A model generated the notes under the pieces. The model had not been told where the DNA came from. It saw nothing but the letters and a program-made list of their open reading frames with translations, and did no database searches. Made by a program: the position numbers and the translations under genes. A stretch of 63,886 nucleotides of DNA, counting the filler, from Octopus bimaculoides (Eukaryota): the NCBI RefSeq assembly GCF_001194135.2. It is 10 parts of 9 records of this genome, joined end to end, with 100 filler letters (N's around TTAATTAATTAA, not from the genome) between each part and the next. Parts side by side here need not be neighbours in the genome. Positions count along the whole stretch, not along the records: positions 10,993 to 20,669 come from NC_068986.1; positions 20,770 to 42,493 come from NC_068983.1; 8 more parts are not named here. One strand, 5' to 3'. Positions 11,643 through 22,682 of this stretch are shown here, one piece after another (position 1 is the first letter of the stretch; each line of letters begins with the position of its first letter).

Positions 11643-11997
11643 ACCAAAAAGAATGCATAAATCGAATTTAACCTCAGACGTATGTCTAAATTGAATTTAA
11701 CCTCAGACGTAAGGACAGTTGTGAAGCAAAGAGGAACTGACAGGCATGTAAGGGTTGTGCATTCGAGCAGAGCCATACGTTTATATATGCGCTTAAGGTG
11801 TAGGTAAGAGCAAGTTCATTCATGTGTGTCTGTGTCGCTGGATGTACGTGGTCTGAGTGCAAGTATGCCTGGGTATATATACGTCTTAGCGTGAGAGTGT
11901 AAGACATTGTGTACGTGTGGACATGTTGATGTAAGTAGACGTGTTAGGTGGGAATAAGTTGGAGAGGCTGTATGCGTATCCATGGGTGTAAGCGATA

Positions 11998-12166
11998 TGA
12001 GGGGTATGAATTGGCCTAGGCGATAATATACCAGGGTTATAATCTAACATAGGTTCTTTTAACCCCGGGTATAGCCCGAACTAGGGGTATACTCTGCCCT
12101 TGTTACACCAGGAGTTAATTTAAGCACGTTCTAAGAATAAACGGCTCGACAAGTTTGAAACCATTC
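11998..12166 (+). repeat. Duplicate of the Ginger-end/maT junction at 14306-14460
   Basis: ggggtatgaattggccta...ttaaccccgggtatagcccgaactaggggtatactct..ccttgttacaccag.agttaatttaagca.gttctaagaa.aaacggctcgaca occurs at both sites. Confidence 0.9.
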
Positions 12167-12387
12167 AACTTATGGTAATGTCATTGGATAACGAATATGA
12201 TTTATAAAAATAAAGAATAAACATATTTAAAGTCATTTTTGTATTCAATTATTGCTGACATTAGTGGATAATGAAATAATAGACAAAAAGCAAACATAAG
12301 AATTCTACATTATAAGACTGAGATATCTACATAGAAATATAATCTAAAACAGGCTATTTGTGTATTTTTGTAACGTCACTGAACGAT

Positions 12388-12726
12388 GAGACCCCCTTCG
12401 GTTATGACTGACCATGGGATTGCGCCTAGAAAGTTACCCTCCCAGGCACAAGCCCGGGCAAGGTTGTTTATGGAAGACGAACAGTCGCCCATGCATACCA
12501 GCCTCCCCTCTCCACGCCACTGATGTTATCCAAGGGAAAGGCAAAGGGGCCGATACAGCTTGGCACCTGTGACGTCGCAACTCATTTCTACAGCTGAGTG
12601 AACTGGAGCAACGTGAAATAAAGTGTCTTTGCTCAAAAATACAACTGGCAGCCTGGCTTGGGGTTCTAACTCACAACTCCACGATCGTAAGCTCGACGCT
12701 CTAACCACTGAGCCATGCGCCTTCAC
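12388..12726 (-). mobile_element. Near full-length tRNA-headed CORE-like SINE (family B)
   Basis: Minus head GTGAAGGCGCATGGCTCAGTGGTTAGAGCGTCGAGC (A box), B-box-like region, core and 3' tail; CpGs retained. Confidence 0.9.
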
Positions 12727-13337
12727 TGATAACTAAAGAATAAAACATAAAAATAAGAATTCTACTTTATGATTAATAGAAAGTTACAACAATTAGTTAT
12801 TTATTTATTCATTATATTAAACCTTTTATAAGAAATGACTTTATTATATACAGCGAACTCCATAAAGATTTACCCATGTTTAAAACTCTTCCTAAAGAAT
12901 ACCGATGCAGTTAATATCTACATTTTACATAAAGATTTGCATATGTCTTTTGTTCATGTATCTGTCGTTTCGTTCGTCTATAATAGGTTTATAAACAAAC
13001 ATGGTGTCAAAAGCAAAACGTCACCAGATTGTTGCCTTAAAAATAGCTGGAGTGAGCATCACGGACATAACTAAACAATTAAATGTGCGCCGTAAAGCAG
13101 TGTTCAATACCTGGAAACTATATATAGAGTCCGCTACTACCTCTAGCTCTAGCAAGCCACCTTCTGGTAGGGATCGATCAATTCGTACCAAATAACCTGA
13201 TGGGTCTTTGAAGAAGGAATGAACCGATATTCCCGCAGGAGTGCAAGAAAAACTGCAAAAGCCCTTGATATTTCGAAATCGTCAATGCACAGGATTTTAA
13301 AGAGGACTTAAATCTAACTGCATACAAGAAACAATCC

Positions 13338-14402
13338 CTTGCTGATTGTCCCAGTGACTCTGCCAATGACAGCCCAAAGCAAAAGACACTCAAAAGATCA
13401 TGTGAAGAACCAGACAACGATGACATCTGCATCTCACAGAAATACAAGCAGACCAAGACTTTCAACTCACAAACAGGTTCAGGGAGGGAGTATCATAGCA
13501 CCACTCTTGGCTTTACGTTTGATAAGGATGTGTACTATGGATGCACAAGGGACCTTCGACAACCACGGCATACATATAAAACCAAAGGTGACGGGAACTG
13601 CTACTTCCGGGCCATCAGCTACATCCTGTCAGGATCAGAGGACAGCCATTTCCTTCTCAGAGATAAAGTCATCCACCACATGAAAACCGGCATGACAAAA
13701 AACTACAGGACTACTTGAAATAAGATGTGAATGAATATGTGAGCAACTCTGGCATCTCTCGTGATGGAGTCTGGGCAACCGATGTAGAAATCATGGCCAC
13801 AGTGAATCTGTTGAAATGCTCTGGCGACAAGGTCATCCGCACAAAAGTAGTTCATGGATCAGTTGACCTATTCCGCAAGCTTGAATCTGCTATCAACAAC
13901 AGAACATTGCACTTTATCTTGAAAACAAGCATGATCATTTTGATGTTATCAGTGTTTAACATTGAACATTTATATTGTAGCAAGGTTTTGATAGTTTTAG
14001 AAATTGAAGTTTCTGGACGTTATGACTATTATTATATTATGAAAAGTAAAATTAATTGAACATTATGTCATAATTGCATTATAATGTTTTTGGGTAAGTG
14101 CTTTTATTTTGAATGTGTAAATACTACTGAGAAGTGTGGTAGCAATCTTTGATCTTTGTGGAAGTCTAATATTTTTACTGATTGAAATTTTTCTCCACTT
14201 AACTTACCTGACAAAGCTGAACCCCCGAATAAATTGTTGAAAGATTAAATAATTCTGGTGTATATCACTCAACACTACTGATATCATGGGGGTATAATCT
14301 GGCCTGAGGGGTATGAATTGGCCTACCATGGTTATAATCTAGCCTAGGCTCTTTTAACCCCGGGTATAGCCCGAACTAGGGGTATACTCTGGCCTTGTTA
14401 CA
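13338..14402 (+). mobile_element. 3' portion of a Ginger1-like DNA transposon with OTU domain and right TIR
   Basis: Interrupts the maT ORF, encodes OTU motifs, and ends in internally repetitive ggggtataatctggcc-type units and TGTTACA (5'-TGT terminus) followed by CCAG (CCGG-derived). The left end is missing. Confidence 0.7.
13530..13959 (+). pseudogene. OTU-like cysteine protease domain, frameshifted
   Basis: KTKGDGNCYFRAISYILSGSEDSHFLLR (Cys loop), GVWATDVEIMAT, and in another frame ALYLENKHDHFDVISV* (His loop). Confidence 0.8.
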
Positions 14403-16824
14403 CCAGCAGTTAATTTAAGCAGGTTCTAAGAAGAAACGGCTCGACAGGGTTGAAACCATGTTAGCTGAGATGAAGTGCACCGCTAACAATGTTTTGATCT
14501 GGTCCGATGAGAAGATCTTCACCTTGGAGGCAGTTACCAATAGTCTTCGAAGTATTGGTAGCTAGGTCACTACTCTCAATTATTCCTCCCCCCCCCCCAC
14601 TATAACCTCTACTAACCTCTTAATGACAGGCGTTATGCACGTAATGCAGGAAAATAGACCTGCCCGAATATGCCAGGAGTCATTTACACCGTCAGAAGCC
14701 AGCTTCATTCATTGTGTGGGCTGCACTTGCATCTCATGTATCGAAGTCTCCCTTGATCTTCATTGATGCTGGCATCAAAATCAACAGTGACGTTAGTGTA
14801 CGCAGAAATCTTTGGTCAACGTTACAACTTCACTCAAGATAGGGTTCCGACTCACACATGTAATTTGACACGGAAGTTGTGCAAAGAGTATTTGAGCGGT
14901 TTGGGGGACAAAGCAATATGGCCACCTTGATGTCAAGACATTAATCCTATAGATTTTTCTACCTAGCCCATCTTAAATAGTAATGTTTTTGGTTGCTCCT
15001 ATTCAAATGTGGCAGATCTGAAAAAAGCCCTTCAATCTTCATGGGTCAAATTTCATGAAGATGTGGTACGGCGCTAGCACAACTCACTGACCACTCGTTT
15101 CCAGGCTATGATCAAGGCAGAAGGTGGTCATTTTGAAGTTTGTCTATAGCAATGAATTGACAATTTACCTCTAACGTCGCAATACGAGTGGCCCCGATCG
15201 CTCCCTTCGATCATTGCCTCGTCGTGAACGGAGACCGACGGATGACGCGCGGACGAGGCCATTTTCCATCATTCCATGCTTTTCGTATGCAAGCCGGCGG
15301 GGCTCGCTCTGAGCACTCTAATTTTTTCACAGTGAACGTACCGGCCGCCTCGGACACTCGGCGAAGAGCACCCTCGGAGGAACCGTGCGGGCCGAAACGA
15401 CCGGGAGGTGGACGCGCTACCGAAACGTGTGTGCCAAATTTCATTATCGTACCTTTAGTTTATTTTGAATAATTAAGAAATATCAATAGGTAAATCATTC
15501 TGTAGTCGTCCTGTAATAAATGAAAAATTATTATGATTAANNNNNNNNNNNNNNNNNNNNNNNNNNNNNNNNNNNNNNNNNNNNNNNNNNNNNNNNNNNN
15601 NNNNNNNNNNNNNNNNNNNNNNNNNNNNNNNNNNNNNNNNNNNNNNNNNNNNNNNNNNNNNNNNNNNNNNNNNNNNNNNNNNNNNNNNNNNNNNNNNNNN
15701 NNNNNNNNNNNNNNNNNNNNNNNNNNNNNNNNNNNNNNNNNNNNNNNNNNNNNNNNNNNNNNNNNNNNNNNNNNNNNNNNNNNNNNNNNNNNNNNNNNNN
15801 NNNNNNNNNNNNNNNNNNNNNNNNNNNNNNNNNNNNNNNNNNNNNNNNNNNNNNNNNNNNNNNNNNNNNNNNNNNNNNNNNNNNNNNNNNNNNNNNNNNN
15901 NNNNNNNNNNNNNNNNNNNNNNNNNNNNNNNNNNNNNNNNNNNNNNNNNNNNNNNNNNNNNNNNNNNNNNNNNNNNNNNNNNNNNNNNNNNNNNNNNNNN
16001 NNNNNNNNNNNNNNNNNNNNNNNNNNNNNNNNNNNNNNNNNNNNNNNNNNNNNNNNNNNNNNNNNNNNNNNNNNNNNNNNNNNNNNNNNNNNNNNNNNNN
16101 NATATATATATATATATATATATACACAAAAGATACACAGGTAGACATACACACAAATGTATATATAGATTTATATTATACTATTTTATATACCATATAT
16201 ATATATCTGTAATATAAATGTGCAGCAAAGATGTACAGATGTCAATTCATTACAGCCGTTTCAAACGACTTTTTTAATTGATTAATGAAAACATTAGAAA
16301 ACCATTTTAGGCAGATGACTACATAGACTTCTAACACAAGGGACCAACCAACTGCTTTAACATATTCGTATCACCAACCGGGGCTCAAATATTTACATTG
16401 ATTCTGCTGCTATTTCTTTGGTAGAATGAGCTTAGAAAGTAGTTTATGTACTGTCAAACCATCAGGAATTAAGAGGTTGGTAGAGAATATAGTGGGGGGG
16501 GGGATAATTGAGAGTAGTGACCCAGCTACCAACACTTCGAAGACAATAGTGAGAATGTAGTCTTCAGTTATCCAAAATTAAATATTCTGGGAGTTGTAGC
16601 TATATTCTAGACAAAGGTGATAAATTAATTAGTATCATGACAATCTACTAGACCTTCTAAGTACTGGAACATTATATCTGGCTTTGTCTACACCAATGGG
16701 TAAGGCTTGGGGTGATAAAAATAGAATACTTGATAGGGAAGAAGTGATAATTGTAAGAAAATAGGAAATATATATTATGTATATCTGTAAAGTGATTATT
16801 CCATCATCAGAGTGAGAGAGAGAG

Positions 16825-16865
<41 letters not shown>

Positions 16866-17495
16866 AGGTTAAACATATGTAACAGCAGGATAAAAGTCCC
16901 TCATCAATGATAATGGTCGTGATTCCGTAAGTCCAGGGAGGGCGGGGATATCCAAACAAGCCCGGTTATATCCAGTGAGATTGGGTATTCGTTACGTAAA
17001 TACATGGTGGATTGTAATAAAAAATATAAAAAGAAAAATGCACTAAAACTTAGCCATACGTACATTATATATATATATATATATNNNNNNNNNNNNNNNN
17101 NNNNNNNNNNNNNNNNNNNNNNNNNNNNNNNNNNNNNNNNNNNNNNNNNNNNNNNNNNNNNNNNNNNNNNNNNNNNNNNNNNNNNNNNNNNNNNNNNNNN
17201 NNNNNNNNNNNNNNNNNNNNNNNNNNNNNNNNNNNNNNNNNNNNNNNNNNNNNNNNNNNNNNNNNNNNNNNNNNNNNNNNNNNNNNNNNNNNNNNNNNNN
17301 NNNNNNNNNNNNNNNNNNNNNNNNNNNNNNNNNNNNNNNNNNNNNNNNNNNNNNNNNNNNNNNNNNNNNNNNNNNNNNNNNNNNNNNNNNNNNNNNNNNN
17401 NNNNNNNNNNNNNNNNNNNNNNNNNNNNNNNNNNNNNNNNNNNNNNNNNNNNNNNNNNNNNNNNNNNNNNNNNNNNNNNNNNNNNNNNNNNNNNN

Positions 17496-17530
<35 letters not shown>

Positions 17531-17602
17531 ATATATGTATATATATATATCAAAAATTTAAATGAGAGTTTTGACGCTAATATCCATTATTATTGAAGTG
17601 TA

Positions 17603-17690
17603 TTACCTATGTCAACATTTCTGTAAAAGGTTATATTTAACTGTCAATTCAAGTTAAATAAGTAAATTACGTTACACATCCTCAGGGTAA
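17603..17690 (-). ncRNA. Type I hammerhead motif in the inverted pLTR
   Basis: TTACC [CTGAGGA] TGTGTAA..long stem II..TTTTACA [GAAA] TGTTGACA-T-A | GGTAA; identical to the right-arm copy. Confidence 0.65.
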
Positions 17691-18135
17691 AAAGTAAAAA
17701 GTAAACACCAGAAATATAATCTCTAAGTCTGATTCATATTCAAATTCCTCCTTAAATAAAAGTCCGTCTAAGGGAGAAAACCCTCATAATATTATTAATT
17801 ATAAACAATCAAGTATTAAAAATTATGGATTCTTGGTAATAGATTCTAAACCAATCGAAATCTATATTATATTATATCTAGAAACTTTAGTTATTATTGG
17901 TAAATTATACATTAATATACCCTGCCTTTAAACCTAATATTATACTATAATACCCGATCATACTGAAATGTATAATTTATTTAAACCAGTAAAATGTATG
18001 TCTAAGATAATGGCTACATCTGAAAGCATTGTATGTGAGTTTATTTATTAACTTACCCTTAGAGAATAATATAAAATATAATTCTAGATTACACAGCGAG
18101 CAATATCTCTTACCTTTGTTATAAGGGAAATATTT

Positions 18136-18790
18136 GACATTAGATATTAAAAATGAGATATATAGACCATATCATAAACCTTCCACTAACCTAAAATATA
18201 TAAGTAAGTGGAGTAATCATCCTAGAAAAATTATCGATAATTTACTAAGAAATATTTCATTAAGATTTTCTAGATTATCTGCAAATGATAGGATTTTTGA
18301 TAATGAAGCTCAATTCTATAATTCGGCATTAAGTAGGGCAGGATACAAAGAGAAGGTTTACTATGTTAAACCTGATCGTAACAACATTAAGACATATAAG
18401 AATAATAGGTATAAGAATAAGGTAAGCGGAAATAAGGAAAATAAACACAGAGATATTCATAAACGTAACATAGGTAATTTAAAATTTTTAAAGAATTATG
18501 CTAATGACTGTGATAACACTAAAGGTGATAATATATGGTTCATAGTCCCTTTTGGTAGAAATGTTAAATGTAATTTGATTGCACAGTTTAGAGAGGTGAT
18601 AAGTAGATATTTCCCAAAGAATTCACACTATGGTAAAATTATTAACACACATAGCATTAGGTTTGGTTTCTCAAACACTATGAACTTAGCCCAAATAATT
18701 GCAGCCCATAATTTTAAAATACTTAAATCAAAGGGAATCGGGAAGGATAGTGATGAGAACCTTGATATAAATAATAATAATAATAACAAT
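18136..18790 (+). pseudogene. Penelope RT thumb/linker fragment
   Basis: TLDIKNEIYRPYHKP..YISKWSNHP..NISLRFSRLS..IWFIVPF..YFPKNSHYGKIINTHSIRFGFSNTMNLAQIIAAHN; colinear with 63048-63886. Confidence 0.9.
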
Positions 18791-18866
18791 CAGCACATAC
18801 CCAAGGCGCACAGAGCTGCGCTCGGTAGTGAAGTGAAAGCACGTTATAAAAATAAAACTACTGAAC
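18791..18866 (+). mobile_element. 76-nt insert between two (AAT)n tracts, probable 3' end of an (AAT)n-targeting LINE
   Basis: Unique sequence bracketed by AAT runs (18771-18790 and 18867-18929) that terminates the Penelope ORF. The R4/Dong assignment is inference. Confidence 0.5.
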
Positions 18867-18929
<63 letters not shown>

Positions 18930-18935
18930 CGTACT

Positions 18936-19434
18936 ATGATTACAGTAACAGAGATTAACCCCAGAAGATTGAAGTTTGACGGCCCAAATGTGAGAATGAA
19001 GAATGTAGTTTATCAATGTAAGGTAAAGACTCAGACAGATGTTAGCCTATACGTGGGGTGTTCTTCGGGACAAATCTGTAGAAGAATATCTAACCATTAT
19101 AGTACCTTTNNNNNNNNNNGTGGGGTGTTCTTCGGGACAAATCTGTAGAAGAATATCTAACCATTATAGTACCTTTAGAGATAGAAGTAAAATAGCGAGT
19201 ACTAGTCTTAGTAAATTCATTTGGGAACTGAAAGAACGAAAAAAGCAATATTCGTTAGAATGGTCAATTATTGGGAAATCTTTCCCTTATGACACAGGTA
19301 AGAGATATTGCTCGCTGTGTAATCTAGAATTATATTTTATATTATTCTCTAAGGGTAAGTTAATAAATGAACTCACATACAATGCTTTCAGATGTAGCCA
19401 TTATCTTAGACATACATTTTTCTGGTTTAAATAA
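18936..19434 (+). pseudogene. Penelope GIY-YIG endonuclease (spans a 10-N gap with duplicated flanks)
   Basis: NVVYQCKV..LYVGCSSGQICRRISNHYSTF..STSLSKFIWELK..WSII..PYDTGKRYCSLCNLE..RCSH*. Confidence 0.9.
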
Positions 19435-19744
19435 ATTATACATTTCAGTATGATCGGGCATTATAGTATTATATTAGGTTTAAAGGCAGGGTATATCAAT
19501 GTATAATTTACCAATAATAATAAAATTGTATTTGTGTTTCTTTACTACAGTTTCTAGAGATAATATAATATAGATTTCGATTGGTTTAGAATCTATTACC
19601 AAGAATCCATAATTTGTGATACTTGATTGTTTATAATTGATAATATTATGAGGGTTTTTCCCCTAAGACGGACTTTTATTTAAGGAGGAATTTGAATATG
19701 AATCAGACTTAGAGATTATATTTCTGGTGTTTACTTTTTACTTT

Positions 19745-19832
19745 TTACCCTGAGGATGTGTAACGTAATTTACTTATTTAACTTGAATTGACAGTTAAAT
19801 ATAACCTTTTACAGAAATGTTGACATAGGTAA
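19745..19832 (+). ncRNA. Type I hammerhead motif in the 3' pLTR
   Basis: Same motif with an intact CUGANGA/GAAA/UH core, 5-bp stem I, near-palindromic stem III (ATGTTGACAT) and internal hairpin TATTTAACT/AGTTAAATA in stem II. Confidence 0.65.
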
Positions 19833-20025
19833 TAAACTTCAATAATAATGGATATTAGCGTCAAGACTCTTATTTAAATTTTTGATACATAACCAAGGAG
19901 ATCGATCCATAAGGAGTCTACTATAGACCTTTGGGGAGAAATTTTGGCTATTTTGGTTACGATTACATGTTTATCTCACCAATACATTGTGGAGATATCA
20001 TTATACGAACATATATACATATATA

Positions 20026-20056
<31 letters not shown>

Positions 20057-20170
20057 NNNNNNNNNNNNNNNNNNNNNNNNNNNNNNNNNNNNNNNNNNNN
20101 NNNNNNNNNNNNNNNNNNNNNNNNNNNNNNNNNNNNNNNNNNNNNNNNNNNNNNNNNNNNNNNNNNNNNN

Positions 20171-20222
<52 letters not shown>

Positions 20223-20624
20223 GATAAATTAAATATGGAGATATTCTATTGACATTCAATAATTTATTTGTAGGACGGCTGGATTGTAAAAGTTGATTGA
20301 ACCGATTGACCCTGAAGTGACATATCTAATTGAACTGTCACTATGCATATCAAAAAATATATATATAAGTCGAAATAATTTGTTAGACTTTTACGGTTTT
20401 TATAACTTTGTTTTATATAATATCATGTTATGCTATATATTATACATATAGTATTTAATGTAATAATGTAGCAGAAATAAATTATTGAATATCAATAGAA
20501 TATCTCTATATTTCATTTATCTTTATTATTGAATTATACTAATATTTATATTGTATCCAACTGAAGTACCAGTGAATTGGATGTTTAACACACCCCTTTG
20601 AAGGAATTCTTTTCCTCGGTGTGT

Positions 20625-20669
<45 letters not shown>

Positions 20670-20770
20670 NNNNNNNNNNNNNNNNNNNNNNNNNNNNNNN
20701 NNNNNNNNNNNNNTTAATTAATTAANNNNNNNNNNNNNNNNNNNNNNNNNNNNNNNNNNNNNNNNNNNNT

Positions 20771-21105
20771 ATCTCTCTCTCTCTCGCTCCTATGTCTCTC
20801 TCGCTCCTCTCTCTCCCACTCTCGCTCCTCTCTCTCTCGCTCCTCTCTCTCTCGCTCCTCTCTCTCTCGCTCCTCTCTCTCTCACACCTCTCTCTCTCCC
20901 GCTCCTCTCTCTCTCGCTCCTCTCTCTCTCTTTCGCTCCTTTCTGTCTCTCTCTCACTCTCTCTCTCTTCTCTCCCTCTCGCTCCTCTCTCTTTCGCTCC
21001 TCTCTCTCTCGCTTCTCTCTCTCTGTCGCTCCTTTCTCTCTCTCTTCTCTCTCTCTCTCTCTTCTCTCACTCTCACTCCTCTCTCTCTCTCTCTATCTCG
21101 CTCCT
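20771..21105. repeat. (CT)n-rich compound repeat with recurring CGCTC interruptions
   Basis: Direct reading; explains the poly-Ser/Leu ORF 20792-21133. Confidence 0.95.
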
Positions 21106-21750
21106 CTCATCATCATCATCATTATCATCATAGTTATTTTCTTTTATGAATACAAAACCGAAATTTTCTTTACAATTAACACACAGCAAGTTACAAATTA
21201 CATCATCTCTCATCTTAATCACTACCACAATTTTAGGGGCTACCTCCACTGCTGCTGCATATTTTCCTCATTCTTCTAACTAATGGAGAATTATCTCCGC
21301 TTTCTCTGAGCTGCTAGAAATAGTTGTCAAATCTCCGTCAAATCACATTCTGTTTTCGTAAGAGACTAAAAGTCGAAATTATTTCGTAATGTGGTCTTTG
21401 ACCGTCACAGCTAAAATTTTCTTTCATTGTAAGTCTGATTTAACAACATTGGTTTGGGCATGTGCAACAATGATTTTTCTTATCTTTCGTCATCAATATC
21501 TATCAGCAACATGTTAGAATACACAGATGGTATTACATTATCACTTCTATCATCACTATATAACCCCCATCACACATTTAACAGTAACTCTCACGACAAC
21601 AAAATATCAGCTAAATACTCTTCAGTTTATCACTCTGTCATCATAGATCAGCTTATTAGTGATTGCCTGAGGTTACAAAACAACTATATCACTATGTCTG
21701 TAAATACTATTGTAGCAATTGTTATTAGCATTAATATAATTGTCATAAAA

Positions 21751-21955
21751 GGCGGCGAGCTGGTATAAATCTTATTGCGCCAGAAAGAATGCCTCGAATA
21801 TCTGTTCTGTGTCTTTATGTCCTGAGATCGTGGGTCAACTTTGCCTTTCATTCTTTAGGGGCTGAAAAGATAAAGTACCAGTTAAATAGTATAGGAGATT
21901 AGCCGATGATATCTTCTAATACCCTTTGTTCAAACTTGTGCCTAAATTAGAAGCG
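21751..21955 (+). mobile_element. Family-A SINE, decayed
   Basis: ggcggcgagctgg head and ggtcaactttgcctttcattc core. Confidence 0.75.
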
Positions 21956-22489
21956 ATTATTGTAATTACCAATACAGTAGCCATCGTTACGACCATAAGT
22001 TGGTATTATTTCCAAGCATATACGACCATTAATACTATTACCCCCGTCATAACCCTTTTCCTGATCACCAATATTACCCTAATGGTAATATTATTATAGA
22101 AAATAGTAACCCTACCTCAGCTTTAATTTCTACCAACACCACGACAACACCATTACTGTTGCGTCACCACTGTCACTGCTATATAATATCGTCACTATCA
22201 AAGGCGATCCACTGCCCGTAAGAAATAGCAGCGAAATAGGCCTTTGAGTTACATCCAACTGAATTTCTTAAACAGCAATGAAATAATGTACTCCGAGATA
22301 CATGAATGGTGAGGGAATGGCACTCATTAGTAAAAATGTGTTTGTTCAGAACTGACTTGGTGCTAAATGACATGAAAAACATCGTGGGCCAAAAAGAAAA
22401 CCTCAACATGGTCGCTCGACGTGATAGAACCGTATCAGGCAATTTAAATCTAAGGAAAGATAGAGTGAATAATTCTTTCTGATTTTGGT

Positions 22490-22682
22490 AAAAGGCCAAC
22501 AAATTTTGAGGGGAGCGAAAGTCGTTTACATCGAGTCCTGTACTAAACTGATACTTATTATATCGGCCTCGGAAGGATGAAAGTCAACCTTGGTAACATA
22601 TTATCTCAGAAGGTAAATTAACAGAAGAAATGCCGCTATGCATTTTGTCCGGCGCAGTAACGATTCTGTTAGCTCACCGCCT
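22490..22682 (-). mobile_element. Family-A SINE
   Basis: ..ggaaggatgaaagtcaacc..cattttgtccggcg..gttagctcaccgcct. Confidence 0.8.

Larger units (their letters stand above)
12851..15513 (+). mobile_element. Tc1/mariner DD37D (maT) element, degenerate, carrying nested inserts
   Basis: Degenerate TIRs TA|CAGCGAACTCCATAAAGATTTACCCAT and (reverse complement) TA|CAGGACGACTACAGAATGATTTACCTAT. Transposase pieces lie at 13001-13337, 14407-14542 and 14622-15149: MVSKAKRHQIVAL.., WSDEKIFTLEAVTNS, QDRVPTH-(37 residues between the Ds)-NPIDF, ..AEGGHFE. Confidence 0.85.
17548..19887 (+). mobile_element. 5'-truncated Penelope-like retroelement with inverted 5' pseudo-LTR
   Basis: 17548-18135 is an inverted copy of 19276-19887. 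Between them lie the RT C-terminal region and a GIY-YIG endonuclease. Confidence 0.92.

Noticed and set aside
16400-16470. Degenerate hammerhead-like string on minus (ATTC-CTGATGG..CAAA-GAAA..GAAT)
   Set aside because: Two core mismatches and weak stems; compatible with chance in AT-rich DNA.
19053-19174. Tandem duplication of ~57 nt inside GIY-YIG
   Set aside because: Identical copies flank a 10-N gap, so this is an unmerged contig overlap (assembly artefact).
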